24,796 nt of DNA from Planctomycetia bacterium (GTDB taxonomy: Bacteria > Planctomycetota > Planctomycetia > Pirellulales > JALHPA01): positions 1 through 24,796 of the forward strand of contig JAYTAU010000343.1 in NCBI GenBank assembly GCA_043737375.1, read 5' to 3'. A model generated the notes under the pieces. The model made no database searches and was not told where the DNA came from. It was given only the letters and a program-made list of their open reading frames with translations. Positions 1-8,917 of the stretch are shown piece after piece. How positions within the stretch are numbered: the first letter of the stretch is position 1; every line of letters begins with the position of its first letter. The position numbers were made by a program, and so were the translations under genes.

Positions 1-294
1 TTCGAAACCGTCGAGCAGCTGGTGGGTCGTGAAGCGGCTCGCAACATTGCCGCCGGGCAACCGCTCGATGCTCAGTATGTTCGCATGCCGTTGATGGTCC
101 GCCGTGGCGACGTGGTCGAGCTGTATTCGCGGTCGGGCGGAGTGCAGGTTCATACCCGAGCGCGTGCTCGCGATGAAGGGAGCGAAGGCGATTTGATCAA
201 CGTCGAGCTGTTGTCGAATCGCAAGGCATTGTTGGCGCGGGTGTGCGGTTTGCAAGAAGTGGAGATTATGGGTGCCGCGCCGAGTGTGCGGTGA
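1..294 (+). CDS. flgA: Flagellar basal-body P-ring formation chaperone FlgA, C-terminal part (gene starts before the window)
   Basis: Frame 1 is open from base 1: FETVEQLVGREAARNIAAGQPL...PLMVRRGDVVEL...VQVHTRARARDEGSEGDLINVELL. This matches the SAF/ChapFlgA C-terminal pattern and lies directly upstream of flgH-flgI. Confidence 0.88.
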   Translation, partial: FETVEQLVGREAARNIAAGQPLDAQYVRMPLMVRRGDVVELYSRSGGVQVHTRARARDEGSEGDLINVELLSNRKALLARVCGLQEVEIMGAAPSVR

Positions 295-318
295 ATAAGA
301 GCAATCACGGCAAGAGGT

Positions 319-562
319 ATTTGCCACAGAGATCACAGAGAATCGAATAGGGAAATCGGAATGGGGAATGTGGAATAAATAGCGTGAAAGCGGAAAGCTC
401 GAAATGCACCGATTGCGACATTGACCTTTCCGTTCGGATTTTGACTTTCGTCATTCCTTCGACATTTGTATTTCGGCGTTCGTCATTCGCGTTCATTCGT
501 ATCCATTCGCGGCAAACCCTTTCGGCGTTTCTCGGTGCTCTCGGTGTCCTCTGCGGCCAAAT
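319..562. repeat. flgA-flgH spacer: composite element with paired outer arms and internal 7-mer arrays
   Basis: Left arm ATTTGCCACAGAGATCACAGAG (319-340); right arm CTCGGTGCTCTCGGTGTCCTCTGCGGCCAAAT (531-562); inside are GGAAATC/GGAATGG/GGAATGT units (351-376) and CATTCGTATCCATTCGCGGC (494-513). Confidence 0.75.
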
Positions 563-592
563 CCAGCACTTGACCTAACGAAATCAATCGCA

Positions 593-1282
593 ATGCACAT
601 GACTCAAACTTATGCAATGTGTACGGCCCGCGCGATCGCGTGGCTCGTCATGATTTTCCTGATGCAGCTTGCGGGCGTCGCCCACGCGCAACGGTCGAGC
701 TTGTATCAACGCGATGAGCGCGGCGGTATTCCACTGGCCACTAGCTCATTGACCTATCGCGAAATCTTGCCGCCGCGCGAGATTAAGCTGAACGATCTGG
801 TCACGGTGATCGTGATCGAATCGTCGCAATTGATCAGCGAAGGCGAGTTCGACGGCAAGAAAAATTTGAGCCTGAACGCCGTGCTGAGCAATTGGGTGGA
901 ACTGAACGGCTTGAGCCTGAAACCGGCTCCGCAAATCGACGGCTCGCCCCAGGCGACCGGCACGTACAACTCGCAGGTTCGCGCGAACGGCGAGCTTGAA
1001 ACCCGCGAGGCGTTGAAGTTCAACATCACGGCCCGCGTGGTCGATATTCGCCCCAACGGCAATCTGGTGATCGAGGCTCGCAAACGAGTGCAGTTGGACG
1101 ACGAAATTTGGGAAAACGCATTGACCGGAATTGTTCGGCGAGAAGACGTTGATCCGCGGAATCGAATCACCAGCGACGCCATTGCCGAGCTGAGCATCAA
1201 TCGCCGCACGGTCGGACATGTGCGCGATTCTTATCGCCGCGGTTGGCTGAATAAGTGGTACGACAAGTGGGCACCGTTTTAA
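593..1282 (+). CDS. flgH: Flagellar L-ring protein FlgH
   Basis: 229 aa with DLVTVIVIES, ITARVVDIRPNGNLVIEARK, LTGIVRREDV, N.ITSDAIAEL and GWLNKWYDKWAPF, all FlgH hallmarks; lies between flgA and flgI. Start could also be at 599 or 617. Confidence 0.93.
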   Translation: MHMTQTYAMCTARAIAWLVMIFLMQLAGVAHAQRSSLYQRDERGGIPLATSSLTYREILPPREIKLNDLVTVIVIESSQLISEGEFDGKKNLSLNAVLSNWVELNGLSLKPAPQIDGSPQATGTYNSQVRANGELETREALKFNITARVVDIRPNGNLVIEARKRVQLDDEIWENALTGIVRREDVDPRNRITSDAIAELSINRRTVGHVRDSYRRGWLNKWYDKWAPF

Positions 1283-1289
1283 GCAAATG

Positions 1290-1446
1290 GGGAAATCGGA
1301 ATGGGGAATGTGGAATGAAAAACGTTTCAGAGCCTCGGCGTCCCCGCCGAGGGACCAAAGCGTGAGAGCGTGAAATCGGAAAGCGTGAGATGAGAATAGC
1401 AGTGGAAAGTTCGCGCGTTACGGACAACGGACAACGGACAACTGAC
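1290..1446. repeat. flgH-flgI spacer repeats
   Basis: 27-bp exact copy of 350-376 at 1290-1316; hairpin CCTCGGCG-tccc-CGCCGAGG (1333-1352); 1357-1395 matches 2552-2590 at 37/39; (CGGACAA)x3 from 1421. Confidence 0.8.
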
Positions 1447-1458
1447 CAAATCGCCGCT

Positions 1459-2523
1459 ATGACCCGATTCGCCAAAATAATTTTGCTCCTTCTGACCATC
1501 TTCGGCGTCGCTCAGCCGCGAACGACCGAGGCGCGCACACTGCTCAAGAGCATCTGTCGCCTCAAAGGCCAAGAAGAAAATACGATTCAAGGGCTGGGCC
1601 TGATCATCGGCCTTGGCGGCACCGGCGACGGCGGAAGTTTTCTGCCCACGATTCGCGGCCTGGCCACGATGCTGCAAAAGATGAATAACCCGATCGGCGA
1701 AAAAGGTCCGCTGGAACTCAAGGATGCCAAGAACGTCGCGTTGGTGATGGTCACCGCCACGATTCCGGCCGCCGGGGCTCGCCAGGGCGACATCCTCGAA
1801 TGCACGGTCAGCTCGATCGGCGCGGCGAAGAGTTTGGAAAAAGGAATTCTGCTGACCACGCCGCTGCTGGGGCCGCAGCTCGGCGATCAGCGCGTGTATG
1901 CATTTGCTCAAGGCCCGATTCAGCTCGACGATCCGAAGATCAAAACCACGGCCAAAATCTATCGCGGCTGCCGCTTGGAAGAAGACTTCAGCAACCCGTT
2001 CATCAAGGATGGAAAAATCACGCTGGTCTTGAACAAGAACCATGCCGACTTTCAAGTCTCGCAAGATGTCGCCGAGTTGATCGAAAGCCAACTTAGTTTT
2101 CAGAGCAAAGACGGCCGCCTGGCACGGGCCCTCGATCAAGTCAACATCGAAGTCAGTATTCCCCCGCAATACAAAGACGATGTCGTGGCATTCGTCTCAC
2201 AAGTCATGAGTCTGCCGATGCTCGAACCGCAAACCGGATCGCGCGTCGTCATCAACGAACGATCGGGCAGCATCGTGATCAGCGGCGATGTCGAAATCGG
2301 CGCGGTCGCGGTGACACATCGCAACATGGTGATCGAAACCGCCGGCGAGCCGCCCAAGGGGAACCGCTTCGTACCGGTCGACACGGCGACCAAGCCGACC
2401 GCCAAGCTGAAGAATTTGGTCGAGGCATTGAATGCTCTGAAAGTTCCGGCCGAAGACATCATCGTGATCATCAAAGGAATCGAGCGCGATGGCAAATTGC
2501 ATGGCACGCTGATTGTCGAATGA
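1459..2523 (+). CDS. flgI: Flagellar P-ring protein FlgI
   Basis: Motifs GLGLIIGLGGTGD, KNVALVMVTATIP, VSSIGAAKSLEKGILLTTPL, VYAFAQG, RVVINERSGSIVI and LVEALNALKV. Start moved from 1390 to ATG 1459 because the extra 23 codons are a CGGACAA repeat; a signal peptide follows 1459. Confidence 0.95.
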   Translation: MTRFAKIILLLLTIFGVAQPRTTEARTLLKSICRLKGQEENTIQGLGLIIGLGGTGDGGSFLPTIRGLATMLQKMNNPIGEKGPLELKDAKNVALVMVTATIPAAGARQGDILECTVSSIGAAKSLEKGILLTTPLLGPQLGDQRVYAFAQGPIQLDDPKIKTTAKIYRGCRLEEDFSNPFIKDGKITLVLNKNHADFQVSQDVAELIESQLSFQSKDGRLARALDQVNIEVSIPPQYKDDVVAFVSQVMSLPMLEPQTGSRVVINERSGSIVISGDVEIGAVAVTHRNMVIETAGEPPKGNRFVPVDTATKPTAKLKNLVEALNALKVPAEDIIVIIKGIERDGKLHGTLIVE

Positions 2524-2551
2524 TGCAAGTGCGAAGTGAAGTAAGAATTCA

Positions 2552-2677
2552 AAAGCGTGAAAGCGTGAAATCGGAAAGCGTGAAATGAGATTGAGAATAG
2601 AGCGATCTTTCGAACCGCGCTTGCGGCTTAGCCCGTTTCAACTTCGTCTTTCATTCGACATTTGAATTTCGGCATTC
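2552..2677. repeat. flgI-flgJ spacer repeats
   Basis: 2552-2590 is a copy of 1357-1395; 2643-2677 (TTCGTCTTTCATTCGACATTTGAATTTCGGCATTC) resembles 447-481. Confidence 0.75.
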
Positions 2678-2689
2678 AAGTAGTGAACC

Positions 2690-3010
2690 ATGAACATCCC
2701 CAGCAACCTATCGACGTTCAACACCGTCTCGCAAGCCGAGTTGGCTCATCAGGCCGGCCAATTGCCCAGCGGCACCGGCGAACTGGCGACGCGCGAGGCG
2801 TTCGATAAGTTCGTCGGCGGGACGTTCTACGGTCAGATGCTCGGAGCGATGCAAAAGACCATCGGCAAACCGGCTTACTTTCACGGCGGTCAAGCCGAAG
2901 AAGTGTTTCGCTCGCAGCTCAATCAAATTCTGGCCGACAAAATGGCCGAAGCCTCGGCCGATACATTTACCGGCCCGATGTTCGAATTGTTCTCGCTCAA
3001 TCGTCAGTAA
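2690..3010 (+). CDS. flgJ: FlgJ-like rod-binding protein (no muramidase domain)
   Basis: 106 aa, REAFDKFVGGTFYGQMLGAMQKT...FHGGQAEEVFRSQLNQILADKMA, the Rod-binding domain pattern; located after flgI. Confidence 0.8.
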   Translation: MNIPSNLSTFNTVSQAELAHQAGQLPSGTGELATREAFDKFVGGTFYGQMLGAMQKTIGKPAYFHGGQAEEVFRSQLNQILADKMAEASADTFTGPMFELFSLNRQ

Positions 3011-3020
3011 AGGCAATTCG

Positions 3021-3291
3021 CCACCGAGATACAGAGTCACGGAGGCGGAGGACAGAAATCGAAGGAATGACAAACTCGGATTCTGTAAATCCGCAGTTTG
3101 CGATCGCAACCCATAGTCGCAGCTTAGGGGCGGATGGAAAATAACTTCCTTGTTAACCCCTCTCCCTCTGGGAGAGGCGGTGAGGAACGAGCGGTGAGGG
3201 CGAGATTATCGGGAAGTTTTTTTTCGACCGGTGCTTAACACAACAATTTATTGCTAACCTTTCCCCTCTCCGTGTCTCCGTGTCTCTGTGG
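3021..3291. repeat. flgJ-flgN spacer: paired inverted arms enclosing a REP-like hairpin
   Basis: CCACCGAG-ATACAGAG-TCACGGAG (3021-3044) pairs with 3268-3291 at 20/24; CCTCTCCC-TCT-GGGAGAGG element at about 3157-3200. Confidence 0.8.
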
Positions 3292-3347
3292 TCAATCCGA
3301 ACGATAGAACTATGAATCACACCGCAGAACTGAATGGCTCTCAAATC

Positions 3348-3857
3348 ATGAATGATGAAGACAGCTGCGCGGCAACCGTCTCGTGGGAAGCCGAGTTTGC
3401 CGCGCTATTGGGCGAATTGTCCAGCGTGCAGTCGGAACTGCTCGCCACGCTGAACGACAAGCGACAACTACTGCTCTCGGCCGATGGTGAAGGGCTCGCG
3501 GCGCTCAGTCTGCGCGAAGCATCGCTCATCGAACGTCTGCAAGCGTGTCAAGATCGCCGCGTTGCACTGCTGGCACGCGCCAACGACGAAGGCCTGCCGG
3601 CTAAAAATCTGCGAACGCTTGCCCGATCGCTGCCAACCGCGCAGCATCGCCAGCTTGCACCCCAGATCGACCAGGCGAAGCGTCGCTCGCGCGAACTCCA
3701 GCACCATAGCCTGACCAACTGGGTGCTAGCACAGCGCACGCTCATCCATCTTTCTCAGTTGTTAGAGATTATCGCCACTGGCGGCCGTACAAAGCCGACA
3801 TATGGAAAAGAAGGATTTGCCGACACGGGCGGCACACTGCTCAACCAGGTCGGTTAA
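3348..3857 (+). CDS. flgN: Flagellar export chaperone FlgN
   Basis: Helical ~170-aa protein (L..L..KRQLL...D.EGL, N..L....L..L..LL, C-terminal TYG...GG.LLNQ) directly upstream of flgK. Start is ATG 3348 or 3312; the GTG at 3288 lies inside a repeat arm. Confidence 0.8.
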   Translation: MNDEDSCAATVSWEAEFAALLGELSSVQSELLATLNDKRQLLLSADGEGLAALSLREASLIERLQACQDRRVALLARANDEGLPAKNLRTLARSLPTAQHRQLAPQIDQAKRRSRELQHHSLTNWVLAQRTLIHLSQLLEIIATGGRTKPTYGKEGFADTGGTLLNQVG

Positions 3858-3883
3858 CAACGCGAAATGAACTTCATAAAGCA

Positions 3884-4172
3884 GAACAGGAGATAGCAGA
3901 GGAAACGGAGAGTGTGAAAATATTGAAGTTCTAGGAGATTGCCGCGAATGAATGCGAATGAACGCAAATCGGCAAAGATTTGATTCGCGTCTATTTGCGG
4001 TGATTCTCACCAGCCAAAAACCAAAACGATTAACAGGAGTTAACAGAGGAAACAGAGAGTAGTGTCTGCTTGCGTTGAATTACGTTCGATCGTCGAGCTT
4101 TTCAGTATCGACTTTCGTTGGATGCATTGATGAATTCACAACATACTCCGTTCCCTCTGTTTCCTCCTGTTC
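3884..4172. repeat. flgN-flgK spacer: AACAGGAG-family arms and a GCCGCGAAT-family palindrome
   Basis: Direct arms at 3884-3913 and 4031-4060, inverted arm at 4145-4172; imperfect palindrome at 3941-4000. Confidence 0.75.
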
Positions 4173-4243
4173 GAGTGGCCCGGTGTTAAATTGTCGTTCG
4201 TCTTTTGAGTAGTCGGTCGTTACTTAATTGATCAGGCACACGG

Positions 4244-5941
4244 ATGTCGCTGTTCAGTTCAATCCAGTTAGCCAATAACTCGCTGCGAGCCAATCAAATC
4301 GGCCTGCAAGTGACCGGGCAAAATATAGCCAATGCCAACACGCCCGGCTACATCCGCGAAGAGGTCATTCTCTCGCCTGCGCCGACGCAGCGCTCCGGCA
4401 ACTTGCTGCTGGGCCTGGGTGTCGAAGTCGATGCGGTCGTGCAAAAAATCGACAAGTTCCTCGAGCAGCGGCTGCGCGGCGCCACCAGCGATCGCTCCGG
4501 AAATGAAGTCGAAGAACAAACTTACCTCCAGCTAGAAAGCTTGTATAACGAGCTGAGCGACACCGATCTCAGTTCTTCTCTGAACAGTTTTATCTCGAGC
4601 ATCTCCGAGATTCTCAATCAGCCCGAAAGTGCCGCGGCGCGAAATCTTTCGGTGCTGAAGGCCAAGACATTGACGGGCGATATCAACCGGCTCGCAACGC
4701 GCGTCGGGCAAATTCGCGAAGACCTGGACGACCGCGTGATCGGCGCGGCCGATGATATCAACCGGCTGACCGAACAAATTCGCGTGTTGAACATTCGCAT
4801 CGCCGAGGCCGAAGGCGGTTCCGTATCGAATAGCGACGCGGTCGGTTTGCGCGACCAACGTCATGTCGCGCTTACGGGGCTGGCGAAGCTGATCGACATC
4901 AACGTGACCGAGCAAGAAAGCGGCGCGGTTTCCGTGTTTAGCGCCGGAGATTACCTGGTGCTCGACGGGACGGCCCGTCGCGTGGCGGTGGCCGAAACCA
5001 CTAACCGCGGCCTGACCGTGGCCGAAATTCATCTCGAAGAAACCGACTCGAAGCTCGACATTACCGGCGGTGAAGTTGCCGGCCTGATCAAAAGCCGCGA
5101 CGACGTGTTGGGCGGATTTCTCGACACGCTGGACAATTTCGCCGGTACGCTGGCCTTCGAATTCAATCGCGTATTTTCCTCGGGACAGGGGCTCAGCGGC
5201 TATCAAACACTGACCAGCCAATCGGCCGTCGACGAGATTGATGCGGCGCTCGATGAAGCCGGGCTCGACTTCACGCCGGTCAACGGTTCGTTCAAAGTTC
5301 AGGTTTACAACAAACAAACGCAGCTCACGCAGACCACGGATATCGTCGTCGATTTGAACGGGTTGAACGACGATACCACGTTGGAAACACTCGCCGCAGC
5401 GCTCAACAACGTCAACGGCATCAGCGCGTCGATCGATGTCGAGAAACGCTTGGTGATTACGAGCGATTCACCCGATCAAGACTTCGCCTTTGCCGACGAC
5501 ACCAGCGGAGTTCTGGCCGCCCTGGGCATCAACACGTTATTTACCGGCAACGATGCGCGCAGTTTGGCGATCAATAGTTATGTAGCCGGCGATCCGACGA
5601 AATTTGCCGCCAGCCAAGGGGGCGTGGGCGAGGATACCAAAACCGCGGTCGCGCTGGCCGCGTTTCTCGATCGGCCGTTGGCCTCGAACAACGGTTCGAG
5701 CCTGACCGCGCTGTACGATCGGATGACCAGCGAGGTGACGCAAGCCTCGACCGTGGCCGGTTCGGTGGCCGAGGGGGCGCGCGTGTTCGAGGAACAACTC
5801 CGCGGGCAAAGCCTCGCGGTCAGCGGCGTGAGCATCGACGAGGAAGTGGTGCGGATGATCCGTTATCAACGCTCGTTCCAGGCTTCGGCCAAATACATTT
5901 CGGCGCTCGACGAACTGCTGCAGATTTTGGTGAACATTTAA
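4244..5941 (+). CDS. flgK: Flagellar hook-associated protein 1 FlgK
   Basis: N-terminal SL..NQIGLQVTGQNIANANTPGY.R, LRDQR, and C-terminal SGVSIDEEVVRMIRYQRSFQASAKYIS..DELLQILVN. Confidence 0.96.
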   Translation: MSLFSSIQLANNSLRANQIGLQVTGQNIANANTPGYIREEVILSPAPTQRSGNLLLGLGVEVDAVVQKIDKFLEQRLRGATSDRSGNEVEEQTYLQLESLYNELSDTDLSSSLNSFISSISEILNQPESAAARNLSVLKAKTLTGDINRLATRVGQIREDLDDRVIGAADDINRLTEQIRVLNIRIAEAEGGSVSNSDAVGLRDQRHVALTGLAKLIDINVTEQESGAVSVFSAGDYLVLDGTARRVAVAETTNRGLTVAEIHLEETDSKLDITGGEVAGLIKSRDDVLGGFLDTLDNFAGTLAFEFNRVFSSGQGLSGYQTLTSQSAVDEIDAALDEAGLDFTPVNGSFKVQVYNKQTQLTQTTDIVVDLNGLNDDTTLETLAAALNNVNGISASIDVEKRLVITSDSPDQDFAFADDTSGVLAALGINTLFTGNDARSLAINSYVAGDPTKFAASQGGVGEDTKTAVALAAFLDRPLASNNGSSLTALYDRMTSEVTQASTVAGSVAEGARVFEEQLRGQSLAVSGVSIDEEVVRMIRYQRSFQASAKYISALDELLQILVNI

Positions 5942-5973
5942 AACCACAGATAGTGAAATCAATCAAAGCAATT

Positions 5974-6214
5974 AACCACGAAACACACGAAACATACGAA
6001 AGAAAGTTCGAACAGGAGGGAACAGAGGGAACGGAGAGGGTTGCATCGGATTTCTGATTATTTGGGACAACTAGTAGCGAGAACGTTTTGAGAGAATCGG
6101 GATGTCGTTGGCCATTTCTCTCCGTTTCCTCCTGTAAACCTCGTGGTCTTCGCGGCAGGCTTGACTTCAATTTCCGTGTTTCCCTTTTTCGTGACTTTCG
6201 CGTCTTTCGTGGTT
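5974..6214. repeat. flgK-flgL spacer: nested inverted-repeat pairs
   Basis: Outer AACCACGAAACACACGAAACATACGAAA (5974-6001) pairs with TTTCGTGACTTTCGCGTCTTTCGTGGTT (6187-6214); inner GAACAGGAGGGAACAGAGGGAACGGAGAG (6010-6038) pairs with CTCTCCGTTTCCTCCTGT (6118-6135). Confidence 0.82.
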
Positions 6215-6244
6215 CTAACCTGTCTTCCGTAGTTTGCTGAAAAC

Positions 6245-8887
6245 ATGCCTCGTATCACACCCATTCCGACCACCCGCGTTAGCGACTCGTTGGTTTACCA
6301 ACGGTCGTTGTCGCAGTTGCAATCCGATCAGGTCGATCTGTTGCGATTGCAGCAGCAGATCTCGACCGGGCGGCGCGTGCAGCTTCCCAGCCAAGATGCT
6401 CCGGCGGCGCTGCGCGCCGTAGCGCTGCAACGTCTGCTGGAACAAAAGACCCAAGTCAAAACCAATCTGCAAACCAACAACTCGTATCTCAGCGCTACCG
6501 ACTCGGCTCTTGCCAACGTTTCGAATTTGCTCTCCGAAGCCAAGGGTTCGGCCCTGGGAGTTTCGGGCACCGTGGCCACCGATTTGCAACGCGAAGCCAC
6601 GGCCCAAGAGCTGGACCGCGCACTCCAACAACTCGTCGACACCGGCAATCAGCAATTTCGCGATCGATTTCTGTTCGCCGGCTCGCGGACCAATCAGGTG
6701 CCGTTCGAGACCAAAGGGAATTTCGTTCGGTTTAACGGCAACGAGACCGATCTGCAAAGTTTCTCCGACGTCGATATTCTGTTCGAAACCAATGCCTCGG
6801 GCAGCGAGGTGTTCGGAGCGCTCTCAACCGCGGTTGAGGGCACAACCGATCTCAACCCGATCGTGAACGGATCAACGCAAATCTCGTCGCTGTACAACGG
6901 CAACGGCATCGAGCTGGCCGGCATTTTAGTTTCCGACGGCGTCAACAGCAGCACGGTCGATCTCAGCGCGGCGCACACCCTGCAAGACGTCGCCGACCTG
7001 CTCGAAGCCAATCCGCCGTTCGGGCGTAAGATTACGGCCGACGTGACCCCTAATGGACTGAGCATTTCGCTGGATTCCGCGGGGGGCGGCAGCCTGCGCA
7101 TCAGTGAAGTCGGCAGCGGCACCACGGCCACGCAACTGGGCATCATCGCCAATGGCTCGCTAGGCATCGGCCCCGTGGTCAGTAGCGATTTGAACACCCG
7201 CTTGCAGCTCACCACGCAACTGAGCGACTTGACCGGAGTGCGCGCCTTTACGCGGCTCGATGCGACCGGCGGCGACAACGCACTGTTGATCGAGGCGAAC
7301 GCGCGCGGCGCGGCAAACAACGGCTACAACTTCAACTTTGTCGACGATACCGTGTCCGGCTCCGAAAGCGTGACCTACAACGCCGGCACGCAAACCTATA
7401 CCATTCATATTGCCGAAGGGGTGACCACCGCCGCCCAAGTTCGCGATGTGCTGAATGCCGACGCGACGTTTAACGCCCGATTCGGGGCCGCGATAGACCC
7501 TACGCGCGATCCCGACAACAACGGTCTGGGGCATGTCGTCGCGACCACGACCGGCACCACGGCGAGCGGCAGCGGTGCCGAGTTCGACCAAACCTCGGGC
7601 TTGCAGATTCTGAACGGCGATCAGACGCACACGATTGATATTAGCGCTGCCGAAACGATCGAGGATCTGCTTAATACACTCAATGCCTCGGATGCCGATG
7701 TGCTGGCCGAGCTCAACGCGAACGGCACGTCGATCAATATTCGCTCGCGACTGAGCGGTGCCGATTTTGCCATCGGCGAGAACGGCGGCACCACCGCCAC
7801 GCAACTCGGCGTGCGCACCCTGACCGGCAGCACACGGTTGAACGAATTGAATCACGGTCTGGGCATCCATCCGAACGAGATCGGCGACGACTTCATCATT
7901 CGCCGAAAAGACGGCGTTGAACTGCGATTCGACGTTTCCGCCGCACAGACGATCGACGACGTCATCACGCAGATCAATACGCACGCGAACAATCTTAACC
8001 CGGCGTCGCGCGTCGTCGCGCGGTTGGCAACCAATGGCAACGGGCTGGAAATCGTCGACGATGGGCTGACCGGCGCAGGCGCGCTGACGATCACCAAGGT
8101 CAATAACAGTCAAGCGGCCGAAGACTTGGGGCTGATACCAGTCGGGCAATCGACGGTCACATCGGGTGCAGCTCCGGCGGCCTTTGCCACGACCACGGTA
8201 TCGCCCGGCGGCGCGAACAACGACCTGCGATTTACGGCCACGCAGTCCGGCCCGCAACGCAACGGCGCGCAGATCGTCTGGAACAACACGGCGTTGGGCA
8301 GCGACACGGCGACGGCGGTGTTCAATGCCGGCACGAACACACTGACCATCGACTACGATGCCGCGTTTACCACCGCGAACACGGTTGTCGCGGCCGTTGC
8401 GGCCGAGCCGAGCGGCGCGTTCGCCGCAACACTCGACACGGCGGTCGAAACCACGAACACCGGCGCGGGCCTGATCGGCGCAGCGCCGGCAACCGCGATT
8501 GCCGCGGGGGGCACTTCGAATATCGTCACGGGTCGCGACACCAATCCGCTGGAAGTGAAGAGCGTGTTCAGCGCGCTGATTCGATTGCGAACCTCTCTGC
8601 GGGCCAATGAACTGAACGACACCCATCGCGCGTTCGACCTCATCGAAGATAGCATCTCGGGGGTCAATTTTTCGCGTGCCGAATTGGGGGCGCGACAACA
8701 AGGGCTGGACGTACTGAGCGAACGGTTGGAAAGCGAATCGATCGATCTCGAAGCGGCGCTGTCGGACGAGATTGAAGTCGATCTGGCCGAGGCGATCTCG
8801 GACCTGACTGCGCGCCAGGCGACGCTGCAAGCCTCGTTGCAAATCACGGCGCAAATCTCTCGACTGACGCTGCTGGATTACTTGTAA
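6245..8887 (+). CDS. flgL: Flagellar hook-associated protein 3 FlgL, enlarged (880 aa) with repeated internal domains
   Basis: Flagellin-family N-terminus (QQQISTGRRV..PSQD, N..F..RFLFAGSRT..PF) and C-terminus (RAELGARQ..L, EVDLAEAISDL..Q..LQASL....IS.LTLLDYL, the FlgL-type ending); immediately follows flgK. Confidence 0.92.
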   Translation: MPRITPIPTTRVSDSLVYQRSLSQLQSDQVDLLRLQQQISTGRRVQLPSQDAPAALRAVALQRLLEQKTQVKTNLQTNNSYLSATDSALANVSNLLSEAKGSALGVSGTVATDLQREATAQELDRALQQLVDTGNQQFRDRFLFAGSRTNQVPFETKGNFVRFNGNETDLQSFSDVDILFETNASGSEVFGALSTAVEGTTDLNPIVNGSTQISSLYNGNGIELAGILVSDGVNSSTVDLSAAHTLQDVADLLEANPPFGRKITADVTPNGLSISLDSAGGGSLRISEVGSGTTATQLGIIANGSLGIGPVVSSDLNTRLQLTTQLSDLTGVRAFTRLDATGGDNALLIEANARGAANNGYNFNFVDDTVSGSESVTYNAGTQTYTIHIAEGVTTAAQVRDVLNADATFNARFGAAIDPTRDPDNNGLGHVVATTTGTTASGSGAEFDQTSGLQILNGDQTHTIDISAAETIEDLLNTLNASDADVLAELNANGTSINIRSRLSGADFAIGENGGTTATQLGVRTLTGSTRLNELNHGLGIHPNEIGDDFIIRRKDGVELRFDVSAAQTIDDVITQINTHANNLNPASRVVARLATNGNGLEIVDDGLTGAGALTITKVNNSQAAEDLGLIPVGQSTVTSGAAPAAFATTTVSPGGANNDLRFTATQSGPQRNGAQIVWNNTALGSDTATAVFNAGTNTLTIDYDAAFTTANTVVAAVAAEPSGAFAATLDTAVETTNTGAGLIGAAPATAIAAGGTSNIVTGRDTNPLEVKSVFSALIRLRTSLRANELNDTHRAFDLIEDSISGVNFSRAELGARQQGLDVLSERLESESIDLEAALSDEIEVDLAEAISDLTARQATLQASLQITAQISRLTLLDYL

Positions 8888-8917
8888 ACCCCGGCCAACA
8901 AGTAAAACAGTTCAGTA

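Noticed and set aside
1390-1458. N-terminal ORF extensions of flgI, flgN (3288), the FGE-domain gene (11888-11986), rpiB (23194-23274) and tsaC (24502-24717)
   Set aside because: They run through repeats or non-coding DNA upstream of better starts that precede signal peptides or conserved motifs.
4170-4243. Sigma-28 or sigma-54 promoters upstream of flgK/flgN
   Set aside because: No convincing TAAA-N15-GCCGATAA or GG-N10-GC match by eye.
6245-8887. Calling the 880-aa protein a flagellin (FliC)
   Set aside because: Position after flgK, the FLFAG motif and the LTLLDYL C-terminus fit FlgL better.
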